Assembly (NCBI GenBank): GCA_016939315.1
Contig: JAFHAZ010000052.1
Coordinates: forward strand, 100,348-164,347
Direction of reading: 5' to 3'
DNA: 64,000 nt
Source of the DNA: Streptococcus sp.
GTDB taxonomy: Bacteria; Bacillota; Bacilli; Lactobacillales; Streptococcaceae
Shown: positions 18,822 through 28,073 of the stretch, piece after piece
Position numbering within the stretch: the stretch's first letter is position 1
Layout of the letters: each line of letters starts with the position of its first letter
Position numbers and translations under genes: made by a program
The notes under the pieces: generated by a model
What the model saw: only the letters and a program-made list of their open reading frames with translations
The model's database searches: none
What the model was told of the DNA's origin: nothing

Positions 18822-19889
18822 CTAAATATAAATTGTAACCATAGCTCCATTATTTTCATTAGAAAGCTTCAGTTCCCAATCATGAAGTTCTACGACTCTT
18901 TTTACAAAAGATAACCCTATTCCAAAATGGTGATTTTGAGAGTCGTTTCCTGACTGATTATCTTGGTAAAAGAGCGATCCTACATTATCAATCATATTAG
19001 CTGAGAACCTTGAGCCATCATTCCAAACCGATAAAACAATCTTATTTTGCTCAGATGATAATTTTATAACTATCTTTGGCATCATTGATTGACTATAGGA
19101 CATTGCATTATTCACTAGATTAGTAATTGCTCTTAAGAATAATACTAAGTCAATATGAATAGTAGTATCAGATGGGGTTTCATTCAATACATTTAAAACA
19201 CAAGTCCCAGTTGTCAGAGGAGTTAATTCTCTAATCAAACATGACGCAAGCTGCTCCGAAGTAATATGCTCTTTATTGATATTATCTTTATAAAATGTTT
19301 TTGAATATTGAATAAATTGATTAAAATAATTATCTAGTTGTTGACTTGAAGATTCGATATCTAATAAGCATTGAGTTAACTCAGGAGACAAATCAAATGT
19401 TTGAAGATACTCAGCATTACCTGAAATTATTGTTAGAGGTGTCTTTAAATCATGTGCTGCGGAAGACACTCTGAACATTAGCTCTTGCTTTTGTTTTTTC
19501 TCTTTTTCAAGCATCTTTTGAATTTTATCCTGCATCTTCATAATATGTTCTTTTGTCTCAATAAATTCAAATAACCTTAGTGGCTTAGAGTATTTGTTAT
19601 TGTCTGAATATAAGCTTTGTTCATATACTGTCTTCATCTCTCTCTGAATTTCATATAGAAGTTTTTGTACATTTCTTACAATTATAACAACTAAAATGAC
19701 ACAAAGATAAATCCACGAGCTAACACTAAAAAACATAGTAAAGCTATTCACATTGTTAGCATTAATTCCTTCAACCGCTGTAAATAAGGCAGGAATAATG
19801 TAAAAAAAACAAATGCATAACAAAAATTGAAAAATAATTTTCAAATAAGTTGCTCTTATCAACTGCTTTAATGTTATTGATTTTGCCAT
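18822..19889 (-). CDS. Sensor histidine kinase (SpaK/NisK-like)
   Basis: Two N-terminal TMs, H-box AAHDLKTPLT, N-box NLVNNA, G-box HFGIGLS; overlaps the response regulator gene. Confidence 0.9.
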   Translation of the reverse strand: MAKSITLKQLIRATYLKIIFQFLLCICFFYIIPALFTAVEGINANNVNSFTMFFSVSSWIYLCVILVVIIVRNVQKLLYEIQREMKTVYEQSLYSDNNKYSKPLRLFEFIETKEHIMKMQDKIQKMLEKEKKQKQELMFRVSSAAHDLKTPLTIISGNAEYLQTFDLSPELTQCLLDIESSSQQLDNYFNQFIQYSKTFYKDNINKEHITSEQLASCLIRELTPLTTGTCVLNVLNETPSDTTIHIDLVLFLRAITNLVNNAMSYSQSMMPKIVIKLSSEQNKIVLSVWNDGSRFSANMIDNVGSLFYQDNQSGNDSQNHHFGIGLSFVKRVVELHDWELKLSNENNGAMVTIYI

Positions 19890-20548
19890 TTATATCCCCC
19901 ACCCCAAAGAGTTTTAATTGGATCAATACCATAAGGTTTCAATTTTTGTCGAATCTGATAGATATACTCTGTAATACTTCGGTACTGAACTTCTGAACTT
20001 TGAGGGTACAAATATTCATAAAGTTCCTCTACACTAAAGATTTTAGTTTGATAGGTAAACAACAAATATAATAAATTAAATTCCCTTCTCGAAAGAGAAA
20101 TACTATTACCGTCTACTATTAATTCCTTTCCTACCCTATCAAATTGAAGTAAACCACTAGTCTCAGTATCTCCGACAGAAAGTAGCCTTTTATCTCTTCT
20201 AATATGCATTTTGACTCTTGCAACCAACTCCTTCATACCGAATGGTTTGGTAATAAAATCATCTGCACCTATTCCAATAGCTTCAACAATATCTTCTTCA
20301 AGGTTTTTAGCAGTTATAAAAATTATGGGTGTTTGAATCTGACTTCTGATACTACTACAAATATCAATACCACTCACTGGCATCATTATATCCAGTAAAA
20401 TCAAATCAAATCCTATGAAGTCACATAGGTTAATATCTTCAACAGAATTTCTAGTTTCAACTACATAGGAGTTTTTCTCCAGAATATTCTTAATCAATCT
20501 TAAAATTTTTAAATCATCGTCAATAACTAGAATTTTAGACTTTACCAT
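19874..20548 (-). CDS. OmpR-family response regulator (SpaR-like)
   Basis: KILVIDDD, FDLILLDIMMP, GADDFITKPF, IKTLWGGGYKW. Confidence 0.92.
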   Translation of the reverse strand: MVKSKILVIDDDLKILRLIKNILEKNSYVVETRNSVEDINLCDFIGFDLILLDIMMPVSGIDICSSIRSQIQTPIIFITAKNLEEDIVEAIGIGADDFITKPFGMKELVARVKMHIRRDKRLLSVGDTETSGLLQFDRVGKELIVDGNSISLSRREFNLLYLLFTYQTKIFSVEELYEYLYPQSSEVQYRSITEYIYQIRQKLKPYGIDPIKTLWGGGYKWQNQ

Positions 20549-20638
20549 TTTTTTCCTCGTACGTTTTGAATATATTGTAACATAATTAAAAATCGAAAAT
20601 ACATTTCAAAAATAGCATATAATTGATAATTCAATAAA

Positions 20639-20764
20639 TTGAGTTTCTACCAAATCTCAATAATGCTCATTTTTAAGTAACAGAATATGTACTCCAAAGT
20701 CTTGTATCTATTTTTCAGTCAATCTATCTAAATTCGATGTTGTCTCATCTAAAAAAACAATCTT
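20639..20764 (-). pseudogene. Decayed fragment of an ABC exporter NBD C-terminus
   Basis: One frame reads KIVFLDETTSNLDRLTEK*IQDFGVHILLLKNEHY*DLVETQ: Walker B and D-loop plus a typical exporter tail, with two stops and an apparent internal deletion. Confidence 0.75.
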
Positions 20765-20772
20765 TATTTGAC

Positions 20773-21444
20773 TTACTTTAAAAATTCCTTTCTAATAAGG
20801 CAATAACTCGTAAAGAATAATCCAAAAAGCCAAATTATAAATACAATAAAACGCATTATAGAATAGTTTGTATGTATTAGCTGAAAAACTAAATCATATA
20901 TTATTACACTTGAAGCTATTGGTAAAACCCTATCTATAAAAGGCAACACGAGTATAGGAAATAATAGCAAAATTGCAAGTGCAATCATTGAATTACCGCA
21001 TAAAAAGGAAAAAGAGTAACCCGCTAAAAAGTATACAACTGAACCAAACAAGTAATAATAAAAATTTACTTCACTATGAATACCCTGACTAAACATCATT
21101 ACTATTAAACCTGCTAATACTGACTGTCTTAAACATTCTAGTAGATCTATTAATAATATGTATAATGCTGCCTTCACCCTACTTCCGTTGTTCAGGTAAA
21201 CTTGCTTATAACTTTGTGTCCTCAATTCTACACTTGCATTTAAAACTCCATTCCCTAAAAAAGAGAACGATATTATAGTTAATAAAACAGAACTGTTAAA
21301 AGTGAGAGAATCTCCATTAACTTCGAATTTTAGATATCTTAATAAACTTATTATAATAACAAATACTAACTGAAATAATAAATAAACCTGTATAGGTAAT
21401 AAACTATATTTTTTATAAAATAAGCTATGCAATTGGCTTTTCAT
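20773..21444 (-). CDS. ABC-2 type permease subunit
   Basis: 223-aa ~6-TM protein overlapping the upstream permease gene. Confidence 0.8.
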   Translation of the reverse strand: MKSQLHSLFYKKYSLLPIQVYLLFQLVFVIIISLLRYLKFEVNGDSLTFNSSVLLTIISFSFLGNGVLNASVELRTQSYKQVYLNNGSRVKAALYILLIDLLECLRQSVLAGLIVMMFSQGIHSEVNFYYYLFGSVVYFLAGYSFSFLCGNSMIALAILLLFPILVLPFIDRVLPIASSVIIYDLVFQLIHTNYSIMRFIVFIIWLFGLFFTSYCLIRKEFLK

Positions 21445-22234
21445 TCTTCTTCCCCCATTTTATTTTTTCTAAATAAAATAAACAAATCATAGTAAGGAAA
21501 GTTTCAAATAATAGAAGAATCGCTCCATATAATTGAGTTGTCTGACCTGCTTCGATCCTACCAAAAGCAAAAGACTTAGCTCCAATTAAAGGTAATAAAT
21601 TATCTAAAATAGGAGAAATTGCCTTAAGTATGCCTGATAAAGAAAAAACTAACAATAAAACTATCACAATCAAAGAAGGAATTGATCTTTTTGTTATTTT
21701 TACAAGTAATAGAGAGAGTAAATTAAGTGTAATTGTAAAACCTCCTATTCTAGTGAAAACATCAAGCATTAAGCCTATAGACAGAATACTTTGTAACTTA
21801 CTAACTAACATGAATTTAAGAAGTAATGCATTTAATAAAAACAACGTAAAGGTCGTCATTATTGAAATAACAATTATACTAAATATCTGTGAAAACAACC
21901 TTATTTTCCAGTTAGCACAAATTAGTGATGAAAACTCATCCTCACCAAATTGATAATCAGTTGCTAGAATTAATGCTGACAATATAGGCAAAAATAACAC
22001 GGTTGCTTGATAAGGAGATGATAAAATAGCATCTCTCACCGTTCTATAAGGAGTCACAATTACATTTTGATCAATATTTACTGAGTTGCCAGCACCAGTG
22101 TGTAGTGCATTAATGACTTGAATATTTTGATAGGTGAAAAACAAACTAACTACAACTAGGATAAAAAATCCCATTTTAAATAAAGTTAGATGGCTATATT
22201 TATATAAATACCCCTTAATAACTTGACTTAACAT
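21425..22234 (-). CDS. ABC-2 type permease subunit
   Basis: 269-aa ~6-TM protein overlapping the ATPase gene. Confidence 0.8.
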   Translation of the reverse strand: MLSQVIKGYLYKYSHLTLFKMGFFILVVVSLFFTYQNIQVINALHTGAGNSVNIDQNVIVTPYRTVRDAILSSPYQATVLFLPILSALILATDYQFGEDEFSSLICANWKIRLFSQIFSIIVISIMTTFTLFLLNALLLKFMLVSKLQSILSIGLMLDVFTRIGGFTITLNLLSLLLVKITKRSIPSLIVIVLLLVFSLSGILKAISPILDNLLPLIGAKSFAFGRIEAGQTTQLYGAILLLFETFLTMICLFYLEKIKWGKKNEKPIA

Positions 22235-22944
22235 TTTATACTACTCCTTTCATGTACAGAGCTAAAATAGGCGTTTTCAAAACTATCATATTGCTTCAAT
22301 ACTTGCTCACGTTTGTCATTTAAAACAACATGACCATTTGAAATACCTACAACTCTATCTACGGTTAATTCAAGTTCGCTCATATAATGGCTAGTTAATA
22401 GTACTGTTTTTTCTTGTTTCACAAAGTCTTTGAGAAACTCTCTTAACCAACGGATTCCCTCTGGGTCCAACCCATTAATAGGTTCGTCTAAAATCAAAAT
22501 ATCTGGGTCTGCAAGTATTGCTGTTGCCAAGCCTAATCTTTGCTTCATTCCTAAAGAATAATCTTTGTTTTTCTTCTTACCAACATCTTTTAATCCAACA
22601 ATTTCTAAACATTCAGTACAACGTTGCTTACTTAGTCCACAAGAAAGTGCAATCCATCTTAATTGCTCATAACCAGTTCTACTTGGATAAGGTTGATAAC
22701 TATCTAAAAAAGTTCCTACTATTGAGATTGGCTCAGCTCCTAACTCACTATATGTTGTTCCTAAAATAGTTGCCTTTCCACTATCAGCTGACTCCAACCC
22801 TAATAGTATTTTTATTAGGGTTGATTTCCCAGAACCATTAGGTCCGATCAAACCAGTAATTTCACCTTTATTAGCTTGAAAAGTTATATTTGATAATACA
22901 ACTTTGTCATCGTATGTTTTATTTAAATTAGTAATATTAATCAT
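22228..22944 (-). CDS. ABC transporter ATP-binding protein (LanF/BcrA-like)
   Basis: GPNGSGKST, YSLGMKQRLG signature, LILDEPINGLDPEG, SHY. Confidence 0.92.
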   Translation of the reverse strand: MINITNLNKTYDDKVVLSNITFQANKGEITGLIGPNGSGKSTLIKILLGLESADSGKATILGTTYSELGAEPISIVGTFLDSYQPYPSRTGYEQLRWIALSCGLSKQRCTECLEIVGLKDVGKKKNKDYSLGMKQRLGLATAILADPDILILDEPINGLDPEGIRWLREFLKDFVKQEKTVLLTSHYMSELELTVDRVVGISNGHVVLNDKREQVLKQYDSFENAYFSSVHERSSIKC

Positions 22945-23234
22945 TTTGTTTTCCTTTGACGAATAGAACCTTTTGAAATTTCATAAATTAATGCTTTCAC
23001 CAATAGGCTTATTATCAAACTCCACCCATGCATATGCATTATAAGGGAAAGTTTTAAAATCTGAAACCCAATCTGGAGAATATCTTGTTATAGTGAAGGT
23101 ACCTTTCACTATAATTGTAGTTTATCAATATCTTTTCGGAAAAAAATCAGAGTTAATAGTTTTACATATTTTTAATAAAAAAATGTTCTGAGATAGTCTT
23201 TAAACATCTTATTTTAGATAAGAAACAATCCACA

Positions 23235-23271
23235 AAAAAATCCCAAGTGCCATAAGCAACTTGAGATTTTC
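23235..23271 (-). terminator. Probable terminator of the Mub-repeat gene
   Basis: AAAATCCCAAGT...ACTTGAGATTTT imperfect stem with an A run on the left. Confidence 0.6.
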
Positions 23272-23310
23272 TTTCTGTCTGGGCATGCCTGAGTCATTCA
23301 GGTCTTTTGA

Positions 23311-26300
23311 TTATTTTTCTTTTTGATCTTTGTGATCTTTTTTATTTTTCTTTTTACGTCCGTTGCGGCCAAGTCCTAGACCTGTTACCGATACGGTGAA
23401 GCCAGCGATATTGATGGTTTCTTCAATCTTACCTTTACTTGCTTCTTCCTCATTTGAGAGATTAATTGGCATCTTGTGTTTAGAGCCTTTACCCTCAGCT
23501 TGACTTGAAACAGGTGCTTCAAAGTCATCGCCTGGTCCATAAGTAACTGGTCCATCATGAGATTCCACTTGCCCTTCGACTTGGTCGAGAACTTCTAGGT
23601 CTTCAATCTCTTCAACAACGATATCGTCTGCCTTGTCTTCCTTAGGTTTACCGTTGATATCACCTGTTAATGGGATATAAACAACGGTTTCTTCAAGGTT
23701 ACGTTGACCTACTGTCTTACCTTCAACCTTGTCCTTATCAGCGCTGTAGCCTTCTACTTCCGGAGTGATGACTGTTTCAAACTGACCTTTATTTGAAGTC
23801 CAGTAGCTTGAACCAAGCTCTTCACCTGTAACTTTATCAATAGTCAAGCTACGTGTCCATTGAGCAGTTTGGATGTTATTGGCAGGAAGTTCTGCTTGTC
23901 CATCGCTAGATGTGTAGAGAACTGTGAAGGTTACGTCTTTGATGTAGCTTTCGCGTTCTGGCCATTTGGCACCATCTGGATTAGCTGGGTTGATTGGTGT
24001 ACCAGCTTCTTGGATGTTATCTGGACCTACTTGAACGGTACCATGACGAAGGGTAACCATGAAGTTTTGGTCAACATGTGAATCGCCATCAAAGATCACA
24101 CCGTTTGTGAAGCCATCAGCAAGAAGGGTATAACCACGGTCGCTATAGTACTTGATACGTTCGATTGTTGAGTATTCAATCACTTCACCTGATTTACCAA
24201 GCAAGTCGACCACTTCAAGTTTCTTACGAGTTGTACCGTCAACATAAGTGACTGTAGCTTTCTGAGCATCCTTGAGGTAAGTAACCACTTCCATGATTTC
24301 AGGAGTTTCCACAGAAACCTCTGTCATTTCAGCGACTTCCATACGGTCTGGTGTAAATCCGACAACCTCTGGTGAAGGAACCGCTGAGAAGCCAGCTTGA
24401 GTACTTGACCATGCTTCATAATTGATAGCACCTGTCACAAGGTTAACATTAGCCAAACGTTTGAAATCAAGAACTTCAACGTAGTCGTCGCTAGCCAAAC
24501 CACCTTCTTCGAAGACATACTGGATGGTACGTGTCACATCGGCACGGTTTTCAAGCATCTCTACGCTATTTGGCCAAACTGGACTATTCACATCGTTTGG
24601 ATCTACGACTTCACCTGCAACTGGTGCTGGCATATCTGGGTCGATAAGAACCAAACGTTCACGAAGAACCACTTCGAAGACTTGGTCAAAGTCAGAGTCA
24701 CCATTGTAAGTGTGGTCAAAGGCTTCTGCATAACCATCGTTGACAAGTTCATAACCTTGTTTGAGCAAGTTTGCGATTTGTTCATCAGTAGAGTAGTCAA
24801 TCTTCTCACCTGAGCTTCCGACAACAACATCACGAGTCAATTCTGACTTATCAAGCTCATTCATGTAAAGGATAATAGCTTTTTGCTCATCCTTAGCATA
24901 AACCACGTTGGTATCTTGACCTGGGTGTTCTGGAGTAATAAAGGCCTTTTCAGAAATGTAACCAAGAACATCTGGAACGACTGTTTCCATAGCCATGGTT
25001 GGATCTTCTGGATCATTGTTATAGCTTGGAGTAGGTGCATTTTCAATAGGTGTACCATACTCATCTACTGGAATAATCTTACCAAGTTCTGTGTAAGTAA
25101 CTGTATCTTCCACTTCTAGAAGGTCTGGTCGAACTTCAAGTCCACCAGCTTGACGTTTATCTGCATAGAAGCCTTCAACTACAGGAACTTCTACAACATC
25201 ATAAGTGAAGCTGTCTTGATCCCAAGTGCTTGTTTGTTCCACTTGGTTAAACTTACCGTGGAAGCTGAAGCTATCTTGAATGTTGATAACTGGATCTTTG
25301 TAGCCAGCACCTTGGAAGGTAACCGTTTGTTTCGTATCTTGTGTGATATCATCCAAGATTGGTTCGTAAACCAAGGTTTGGTCCAGGCTGAGGTCAATTG
25401 GCAATACCAATTCACTTTCAGCTTGGTAGCCAGCAACTTGTGGTGCTGGTGTTTCAATAACTTGCGTAGCATCTTGAGGATCATTAGCATAATGAACTGG
25501 TTCTGCATCCGCGATTGGATTACCAAAGGTATCAACAGGGATAATCTTACCAAGTTCTTTATAGACAACACTGTCTGTGGCTTCTGGTTTATCAGGTGTA
25601 ACAACCTGCATACCAGCCACTGCCTTGTCCGCATAGTAACCTTCGATAACTGGGACATTAACCTTAGCAAAGGTATAGCTGTCTTGATCCCAAGTGTAAG
25701 TATCTTCTGCTTGGTTGTACTTACCAGTGAAGGTGAAGTCAGACTGAATATTAACAGACGGTGTTGCTTCGCCAGCACCTTTGAAGAAGACAGTTTGCAA
25801 GGTTGGTTGCGTTACATCTTCAAGGATTGGAGCGTACTCAACAAGAATATCGTCTGTTAAGCTCTCAGGCATGACACTCTGTTGCATTGGACGGTAACCC
25901 GGAATGTGTGGAACAAGTGTCTCACTAACCTTAGTTGGGTTATTGGCATCATTGTTAAAGGTTGGCGTTGGAACGTTTGGAATCAAGCGTCCATTCGCAT
26001 CAATAGGGATAATCTTACCAAGTGGAACGTAGGTAACGGTTTCTTCTATATTATCCTCAGTAACATCTCTACCCTTAACTTCTACTCTATCCGCAAAATA
26101 GCCTAAAACAACTGGTGCATAGATATCATAATACTTGGTTTTGTTTGGAGACCACTCTGTCTCATCAACAAGCTCACCTGTAACCTTGTCGAAGGTAAGA
26201 GTACGCACCCAATAAGCCTTTTGCACATCAGCATCTGGCAAATCCGCATTGCCATCTGTACTTCTGTAAAAGACTGTGAAGCTTACTTCTTTTTCGTAAG

Positions 26301-27294
26301 CATACTTAGATGGCCATTTAGGTCCATCTGGATTATTAGAATTGATTGGAGTATCTGGGACTTGCTCATTTTCAGGTCCCACCTTGGCAACATCGTGTTG
26401 CAAGAGGACGAACCACTCTTGATCATCAATATCTTTATCATCAAAAATGGCATCTTTAGGGAATTCGTCCTGAATCAAGTCATATCCCATGTCCTTGAAA
26501 GTCTTGATACGTGTTGCTGTCCCGTATTCAATCGCTTCACCCAATTCACCGGTCAACTGGTCACTAACCAAGTAAGCACCGGTAGTTTCATCAATATAAG
26601 TGATGCTGGCTTTCTTGAAAATTTTACGATACACAACCGGAGTGTCCGCTCCTGGTTTGTTCGGTACTACACTTTTAATATCTGTCATATAATCTTGAAC
26701 AGCTGGTGTTGCTGTCTCACCCGCCTTTCGTGGATCTTTTTTGTTATTGTTATACTGCTTAGTCAAAGCACCTGGAATATATTCCCCATCTTCTGTCACA
26801 GGGATAATGCGTCCCAATTTCCTATAGGTCACATGTTCCGTTACCGTTGGCACATAGGGCGTGACAACGTTAAAACCCGCTTCCTTTTGGTCAGCGAAAT
26901 AGCCCTGGACAACTGGTACCGATATCTTAGGATAGGTATAACTGTCCTTGTCCCATTCGATTAAACCAGTCTTCCTATCCCTAGTCCCTGTAAAGACATG
27001 GTTTTCCATGATTTCAGGATCTGGAGTTTGCGAATCCGCTCCTTGAAAGATAATCTCCTGCTTGGATGGAATCCTCACGGTTTCCGATTGAGCATGATTA
27101 TCAAAGAGAACTTCGTCAGCTCTGGCAAAATCTAATGGAGAGGGGGCACCGTGGTCAGAGCGACTTTTTGGGTTAGTCAATAATTTAGAAAGATCTATAG
27201 TATCAACTAAATCAGAGTCCACTGATTTATGTGCAATATGCTCTTCGGCAGTTCTTGCTGCTGCTTCAGTCGCATCTTCCCTATAGGCTCTCAA
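23311..27294 (-). CDS. Mucin-binding (Mub/MucBP) repeat protein, 1327 aa
   Basis: Repeats such as V.VPVVQGYFAD, LGKIIPVD..G.PI, QKA.VTYVD.TT, FDKVTGE. TTG start after GGGGGAG with an in-frame stop just upstream. Confidence 0.85.
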   Translation of the reverse strand: MRAYREDATEAAARTAEEHIAHKSVDSDLVDTIDLSKLLTNPKSRSDHGAPSPLDFARADEVLFDNHAQSETVRIPSKQEIIFQGADSQTPDPEIMENHVFTGTRDRKTGLIEWDKDSYTYPKISVPVVQGYFADQKEAGFNVVTPYVPTVTEHVTYRKLGRIIPVTEDGEYIPGALTKQYNNNKKDPRKAGETATPAVQDYMTDIKSVVPNKPGADTPVVYRKIFKKASITYIDETTGAYLVSDQLTGELGEAIEYGTATRIKTFKDMGYDLIQDEFPKDAIFDDKDIDDQEWFVLLQHDVAKVGPENEQVPDTPINSNNPDGPKWPSKYAYEKEVSFTVFYRSTDGNADLPDADVQKAYWVRTLTFDKVTGELVDETEWSPNKTKYYDIYAPVVLGYFADRVEVKGRDVTEDNIEETVTYVPLGKIIPIDANGRLIPNVPTPTFNNDANNPTKVSETLVPHIPGYRPMQQSVMPESLTDDILVEYAPILEDVTQPTLQTVFFKGAGEATPSVNIQSDFTFTGKYNQAEDTYTWDQDSYTFAKVNVPVIEGYYADKAVAGMQVVTPDKPEATDSVVYKELGKIIPVDTFGNPIADAEPVHYANDPQDATQVIETPAPQVAGYQAESELVLPIDLSLDQTLVYEPILDDITQDTKQTVTFQGAGYKDPVINIQDSFSFHGKFNQVEQTSTWDQDSFTYDVVEVPVVEGFYADKRQAGGLEVRPDLLEVEDTVTYTELGKIIPVDEYGTPIENAPTPSYNNDPEDPTMAMETVVPDVLGYISEKAFITPEHPGQDTNVVYAKDEQKAIILYMNELDKSELTRDVVVGSSGEKIDYSTDEQIANLLKQGYELVNDGYAEAFDHTYNGDSDFDQVFEVVLRERLVLIDPDMPAPVAGEVVDPNDVNSPVWPNSVEMLENRADVTRTIQYVFEEGGLASDDYVEVLDFKRLANVNLVTGAINYEAWSSTQAGFSAVPSPEVVGFTPDRMEVAEMTEVSVETPEIMEVVTYLKDAQKATVTYVDGTTRKKLEVVDLLGKSGEVIEYSTIERIKYYSDRGYTLLADGFTNGVIFDGDSHVDQNFMVTLRHGTVQVGPDNIQEAGTPINPANPDGAKWPERESYIKDVTFTVLYTSSDGQAELPANNIQTAQWTRSLTIDKVTGEELGSSYWTSNKGQFETVITPEVEGYSADKDKVEGKTVGQRNLEETVVYIPLTGDINGKPKEDKADDIVVEEIEDLEVLDQVEGQVESHDGPVTYGPGDDFEAPVSSQAEGKGSKHKMPINLSNEEEASKGKIEETINIAGFTVSVTGLGLGRNGRKKKNKKDHKDQKEK

Positions 27295-27443
27295 AAATAC
27301 TCCCCCTTTCTTCTTTTTATGAGAAATAAAATCCTATACTTGCTAAGTTCTCATGGAAATCTTTTCTATTAAGATTTCATTTTCCCTCGGAGAAGCTAAC
27401 AAGTTCTTATCAAAGATTAAAATTTTTGATATCTCTTATATAT

Positions 27444-27472
27444 ACTATAATACGAGAATCGAATTTTTACAA
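27444..27472 (-). promoter_or_regulatory. Putative promoter of the Mub-repeat gene
   Basis: TTGTAA-17 bp-TATAGT about 150 nt upstream of the TTG start. Confidence 0.45.
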
Positions 27473-28030
27473 GTAAGGTGTAAGAACTTTAATCATTTTA
27501 ACCCCTAAGTGAAAAAATAGTGCTTTAATGTGCAATATCTATCAAGTAGTTTACGAAAGTGACATCAAAATGAGATTACCCCGACAACTTAAATGATGAG
27601 TCTTTAATGGAGTTTTCTCTCCCTAAAGACACTCTCATAAGAAATACACTATAAACTATCACAACTACTTCTCATCTTTGAAAGGCTAGGGCCTTACTGT
27701 ATTTGTTAAAGAAATGGCCTATTAGGAATGACACAGGCCAAGCCTGCGACTAGTCCTCGACTAGGAAATACCAATAAATAACTGGCATTACTCCTAGTAT
27801 AGATTGACTTTGACGCTTCGTCAATAGATTGGAAGCATTTAATGAAAATCCCTAATTTTAAAGCATTCTCGTATTAAATTGTGCATTAATAATAGTCACT
27901 TGGATTAGGCTATTTTGCTGTCATTCTGGGCACCAAATAGTCATAGGTATTTCACAACTCACTCAAGAAAAGGGTTAAATGACTATTCACAGTCCACATC
28001 TAAGTCTTTACGGAGACCCAGTTACGCCAT

Positions 28031-28056
28031 AAAAACCGAGACTGTTGTCTCGGTTC
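28031..28056 (-). terminator. Terminator of the glucansucrase gene
   Basis: AACCGAGAC-tgtt-GTCTCGGTT stem with a T tail on the minus strand. Confidence 0.8.
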
Positions 28057-28073
28057 ATACAGCTTGGAAACGA

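Noticed and set aside
18780..23230. Calling the AT-rich island a mobile element
   Set aside because: No integrase, transposase, att-like direct repeats or terminal inverted repeats visible.
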